Virus record (IMG/VR): IMGVR_UViG_3300012933_000129
Coordinates: 1 to 26,158 of that record
Source: a virus
Lineage: Duplodnaviria > Caudoviricetes
DNA: 26,158 nt
Reading direction: 5' to 3' (one strand)
This document shows, piece by piece, positions 25,638 through 26,158 of this stretch. The notes beneath the pieces are model-generated. The model saw only the letters and a program-made list of their open reading frames with translations. It ran no database searches and was not told the origin of the DNA. Every line of letters begins with the position of its first letter. The first letter of the stretch is position 1. The position numbers and the translations under genes are program-made.

Positions 25638-25643
25638 TATTTA
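25638..25643 (-). promoter_or_regulatory. Late-type promoter core cTAAATAa heading the fibre operon
   Basis: Intergenic, 52 nt upstream of the ATG at 25585. Confidence 0.65.
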
Positions 25644-25705
25644 GCGCAATCCCTAAAAATCATTAAAAATCTCTCAAAAAAGATAATTACTTAAAGGATA
25701 GAAAC

Positions 25706-25858
25706 ATGCCAGAACAATTAAATTTAAATTTTGAAGAAATCAAAAGAATAATAACCAATGCTAAAGAAAACAAACTAACTGAAGAAGACCTACAGTACCT
25801 TGATAAGTTAGGTAATCTTATTGCCTATGTTGAACACCTTAAAATACAAAAAGGTTAA
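25706..25858 (+). CDS. Only credible plus-strand gene, 50-aa helical protein (not in track)
   Basis: AAAGGATAGAAAC-ATG; MPEQLNLNFEEIKRIITNAKENKLTEEDLQYLDKLGNLIAYVEHLKIQKG*; its stop shares TTAA with the convergent gene. Confidence 0.7.
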   Translation: MPEQLNLNFEEIKRIITNAKENKLTEEDLQYLDKLGNLIAYVEHLKIQKG

Positions 25859-26158
25859 ACTGTAAACAGTTTTAATTTGCCGCCTGTTCCCACAACAGCT
25901 AGAACACTGCCTTGGGGATTGAACTTCATAAACTTTACTTGGAAGCCAGCAGTAAAGCTAGGACCAAATGCTTTACTAAAAGTTAAAGTAGTTCCACTTC
26001 TAGAGTATATTTGGATAATCTTTTCTCTGCTTTGTAAACCGTGAGCAACAGCAATCTTAGTTCCATCAGTGCTAATAGCTACTACAGTAGGGCTGAAGGT
26101 ATCATCTAATGAGCCTGATATGTCTTCGGCCACAGCACTCCCAGCAATAGTGTTGCCA
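25855..26158 (-). CDS. C-terminal part of the same junction-spanning protein
   Basis: ...AEDISGSLDDTFSPTVVAISTDGTKIAVA...MKFNPQGSVLAVV* is in frame with 1..1323 after collapsing the 55-bp overlap and has further propeller blades. Confidence 0.85.
   Translation of the reverse strand, partial: GNTIAGSAVAEDISGSLDDTFSPTVVAISTDGTKIAVAHGLQSREKIIQIYSRSGTTLTFSKAFGPSFTAGFQVKFMKFNPQGSVLAVVGTGGKLKLFTV
26104..26158. repeat. Terminal direct repeat (copy 2)
   Basis: Exact copy of 1-55. Confidence 0.95.

Noticed and set aside
1337-25858. Stop-codon reassignment, since no called gene ends in TAG
   Set aside because: Genes are intact under the standard code with no in-frame TAG, and no suppressor tRNA is visible. 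TAG avoidance alone is common.
1-26158. 55-bp end repeat as a biological terminal repeat or att site
   Set aside because: It lies mid-gene and equals a standard assembler k-mer length, so it is best explained as circular overlap.

Overview
The window looks like a complete circular tailed-phage (siphovirus-type) genome of about 26,103 bp. Bases 1-55 repeat exactly at 26104-26158, and one 523-aa gene reads through that junction. Almost all genes are on the minus strand: TerS, TerL, portal, two micro-ORFs, a holin-like gene, scaffold, capsid, head-tail proteins, tail tube, chaperones with a lambda-type GGGAAAG frameshift, tape measure, tail tip, about 8 kb of fibre/adhesin genes, and a short block of small non-structural genes (endonuclease VII, HNH-like, lipoprotein, Zn-binding). 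I recognise no polymerase, primase/helicase, replication initiator, integrase, repressor, sigma factor, RNA polymerase or endolysin. Yet nine intergenic sites carry the T4 gp55-type late promoter core TAAATA (two are perfect TATAAATA), often right after a terminator. My main hypothesis (inference) is a virion-encoding satellite that depends on a T4-like or jumbo helper phage for late transcription, replication and lysis. The same promoters appear to drive several structured non-coding RNAs of roughly 470, 180 and 70 nt, some exposing anti-RBS/anti-AUG sequence. All product calls come from motif recognition and synteny by eye; no database search was run.
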